Part shown: positions 61,697 through 64,000 of the stretch, one piece after another
How the letters are laid out: each line of letters opens with the position of its first letter
How positions within the stretch are numbered: the stretch's first letter is position 1
Source of the DNA: a virus
Lineage: Duplodnaviria > Caudoviricetes
IMG/VR virus record: IMGVR_UViG_3300021256_000057
Coordinates: 32,001-96,000 of that record
Strand: one strand, 5' to 3'
DNA length: 64,000 bases
Notes under the pieces: model-generated
What the model was told of the DNA's origin: nothing
What the model saw: only the letters and a program-made list of their open reading frames with translations
The model's database searches: none
Position numbers and translations under genes: made by a program

Positions 61697-62797
61697 TCAT
61701 GTTTGTTTTGGAAGAGCATCACCCAGTTTGCCCATGATCGGATTGATAGCCGGAGATGTCTCAACAATAGATACAGTCTTGTCCTTATCCAACGTAGAGA
61801 TAACTGGTTCGCCATTCTCATTCTTTGGAGTGATCTTCTCATCGAGTTCAAGGTCATATCTGAGATTGTACTTCCTAGGTTCTTTGTCTGTTTTCAAGTA
61901 ATCATCTGGCACTTCTACAAATACGTTCTGAGGATCATATCCGATACTAAAGATCGGGTCTAGCATAGCACGGATCACGTTTTCTCCATTGGCAAGCTGG
62001 ATAGACGATAGCGCACGGTATCCTGGGTTTATATCCTCGTTTGGATCGCCCTCATACTTGGAGTTCCTACTCCATACACCATGTCGCTTGTCTTCTGTGT
62101 CTAGTGTTGTAGGATTAGTCATCTTTTGCAGACTAGCATAATCAGCTCTTCTGTAATGGCCTACAAATGTGGGACCGAAATCAAGATCGCTGTCTCGTAG
62201 GTCTGTCAGTCTTACATCGATTCCTATCCTTGTTCTCGCATCCATTCTTACGCCAGCATGCTGCGCGATATACATACCGATAGGTCGTACATACTCTATA
62301 CATGCATCCAATGGTGTAGATGTAGCAAAATAAACAACATCAATGTATCCGTCCTCTGGGTGTGGGCCTACAAATACAGAGTTTACAGGGATGGATGGAT
62401 CATCAAGACGCTCCTTTGCTATCTCTGATCCACTATGGACAACACCATATTGGTCAGTATATCCAGATACTGCCTCATTCACTCTAAATGATGCTAGATT
62501 CGTCTCTGCTGCAAGTGTCATGCCTGTTACACTGCCTCTGTAGTTTATCATGGACATGAAGTACATGAGTACGAGCCGATTGAACGCTGGATAAAACCTA
62601 TCGTCATACTTGAAGCCCATCGTGTCTGCTAGTAGCCATAGCAGATCTGTAGGACATCTAAGAGGGTCATATAGGTCGATCAGGTTCTCTGTATCATACT
62701 GCATCTTTTCAAGGCATGTTGTGAATAGGTCTATGAAGAACCGAAAATCCTGACTATCTGTATATACTTCTGGAACTGATATCTTTTTTATATCCAT
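61697..62797 (-). CDS. Baseplate protein (P2 gpI-like domain)
   Basis: DPLRCP..LL.LLADTMG...RGS motif. Confidence 0.7.
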   Translation of the reverse strand: MDIKKISVPEVYTDSQDFRFFIDLFTTCLEKMQYDTENLIDLYDPLRCPTDLLWLLADTMGFKYDDRFYPAFNRLVLMYFMSMINYRGSVTGMTLAAETNLASFRVNEAVSGYTDQYGVVHSGSEIAKERLDDPSIPVNSVFVGPHPEDGYIDVVYFATSTPLDACIEYVRPIGMYIAQHAGVRMDARTRIGIDVRLTDLRDSDLDFGPTFVGHYRRADYASLQKMTNPTTLDTEDKRHGVWSRNSKYEGDPNEDINPGYRALSSIQLANGENVIRAMLDPIFSIGYDPQNVFVEVPDDYLKTDKEPRKYNLRYDLELDEKITPKNENGEPVISTLDKDKTVSIVETSPAINPIMGKLGDALPKQT

Positions 62798-62812
62798 GAA
62801 CGGTCAGCTCCC

Positions 62813-64000
62813 TTACTGAATAAGATAGTCTGGTGCAATGCGGATATTGTTCTCCCCATCACCTACATCTTGATACTTTGCAAAACTGATTGGGTTGAAG
62901 TAGTCAATATCATACTTAACAAGTTTTGACTTACCGCCTACGACTGACCGTTCACCGTAGTTGATAACAGGGGTAGACAGACTTCCGGCATCAAAGTATC
63001 GGATAGATGGGTCAGCTCCCTGTATTACATCAACGACCTCCATGACAGTCGGCTTTTGACCAAACTCCCGGTTTGCAGGGGCAAAATACAAAGCAAGTGC
63101 TTCTTTTACCTTTGCGATCAATACAGCGGCATTATCCGCATTTAGAGGATACTTAGGATATATCTCCCCTACAACATACCATGGGAACACACGAACATAA
63201 CCAAACTGAATTTCTGTCGTCATCGCCTGTAGTGGCCTGAAATCATCATTGATGGCATCCGTAAAAGCCACTGGTGGAAGATATCTCTTATACGCGACCT
63301 GGTCTGTTATTGTTACCGTCACATTACCCGGCTCGGAGCTGTCCGCATATTTTGTTCCCAGGAAGTTATCGCTATCTTTGAAATCGTTGTGTACAACATA
63401 ACACATAGCAGTGTGTGTTGAGAAGCCCACTGTGAATGGATATCCATTTGATGTATCCACACCATCAAGTAGCTCTCTAAAATTTATCTTTGTTGTATCT
63501 GCTATTGGGAAGTCCTGTGGATTGATATACTGCTTTGACTTCTGTGCATCGGTCAATCCTGTATTGTGATAAATAGCAAGATTGATCTCCAATGCCTTCT
63601 GACAATCTATCACAGTAGCTGCATCTACACCAGATTCTCTTTTCAAGAACCGTGTGTAATCCGGCAATGTAATTAGAGAATCCCATGTATTGATGTAGTT
63701 CCTACTATTGAAGTATGCTTCTTTTGCTGTCTCTGGGCTTTTGCCAGTAACAGTATATGTATGTGGCAGCTCTATCGTGTTAGACAGGTTGCTGATCTTT
63801 AGCCCCTCAGCATCGAATACATTATAACGGCTATCATCCGATGCGGGGATGGCCGGTTGGAAGTTTTCAAGCACATCCTTGCTGACAGAGCCGATAACAC
63901 CAGAACATTCGATCCAGTACACAGTCAAGTAGTTGTTATCATAGTTATCCATCTGGTTAAGATAATTTGATACATATATCTGAGCGTTTGAATAATTATC
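62813..64000 (-). CDS. Baseplate wedge protein (T4 gp6/P2 gpJ-like), partial
   Basis: G..PET..EA...LITL.DY and YF...REFG motifs; frame open to the window edge. Confidence 0.7.
   Translation of the reverse strand, partial: DNYSNAQIYVSNYLNQMDNYDNNYLTVYWIECSGVIGSVSKDVLENFQPAIPASDDSRYNVFDAEGLKISNLSNTIELPHTYTVTGKSPETAKEAYFNSRNYINTWDSLITLPDYTRFLKRESGVDAATVIDCQKALEINLAIYHNTGLTDAQKSKQYINPQDFPIADTTKINFRELLDGVDTSNGYPFTVGFSTHTAMCYVVHNDFKDSDNFLGTKYADSSEPGNVTVTITDQVAYKRYLPPVAFTDAINDDFRPLQAMTTEIQFGYVRVFPWYVVGEIYPKYPLNADNAAVLIAKVKEALALYFAPANREFGQKPTVMEVVDVIQGADPSIRYFDAGSLSTPVINYGERSVVGGKSKLVKYDIDYFNPISFAKYQDVGDGENNIRIAPDYLIQ

Overview
The window is a 64-kb piece of a large (about 40% GC) tailed phage with T4-like head genes: a gp23-like major capsid protein, a gp21-like prohead protease fused to a scaffold, and neck, baseplate and fibre genes. 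The host is probably a gut or rumen Clostridia member, judged from a GH25 endolysin with three CW_7 repeats, BspA-type LRR genes, ThyX and class III RNR. The phage looks temperate: a tyrosine integrase sits next to an intact attP carrying a tRNA 3'-half core. It also encodes ThyX, MazG, NrdG, an intein-containing NrdD, UvrD and SNF2 helicases, a RecU-like resolvase, an HD hydrolase, an RlaP-like nucleotidyltransferase and a sigma-like protein. The most striking pattern is protein-level. About 14 otherwise unrelated small genes begin with the same leader, M-[KV]-R-Y-I-[KR]-[SA]-[SA], and about 10 more carry longer basic leaders ending in [VI]-x-A-S. The same [VI]-x-[AS]-[SAG] motif recurs in the capsid propeptide, in the scaffold, and as linkers between domains of several polyproteins. 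This suggests a capsid-targeting and maturation-cleavage system that packages a diverse effector cargo. Other notable elements are an IscB-less omegaRNA (HEARO-like), a stranded but apparently catalytically intact TnpB whose guide comes from a disrupted phage PRTase gene, and two phage-specific single-box promoter motifs. All functional calls come from motif recognition by eye; no database searches were run.
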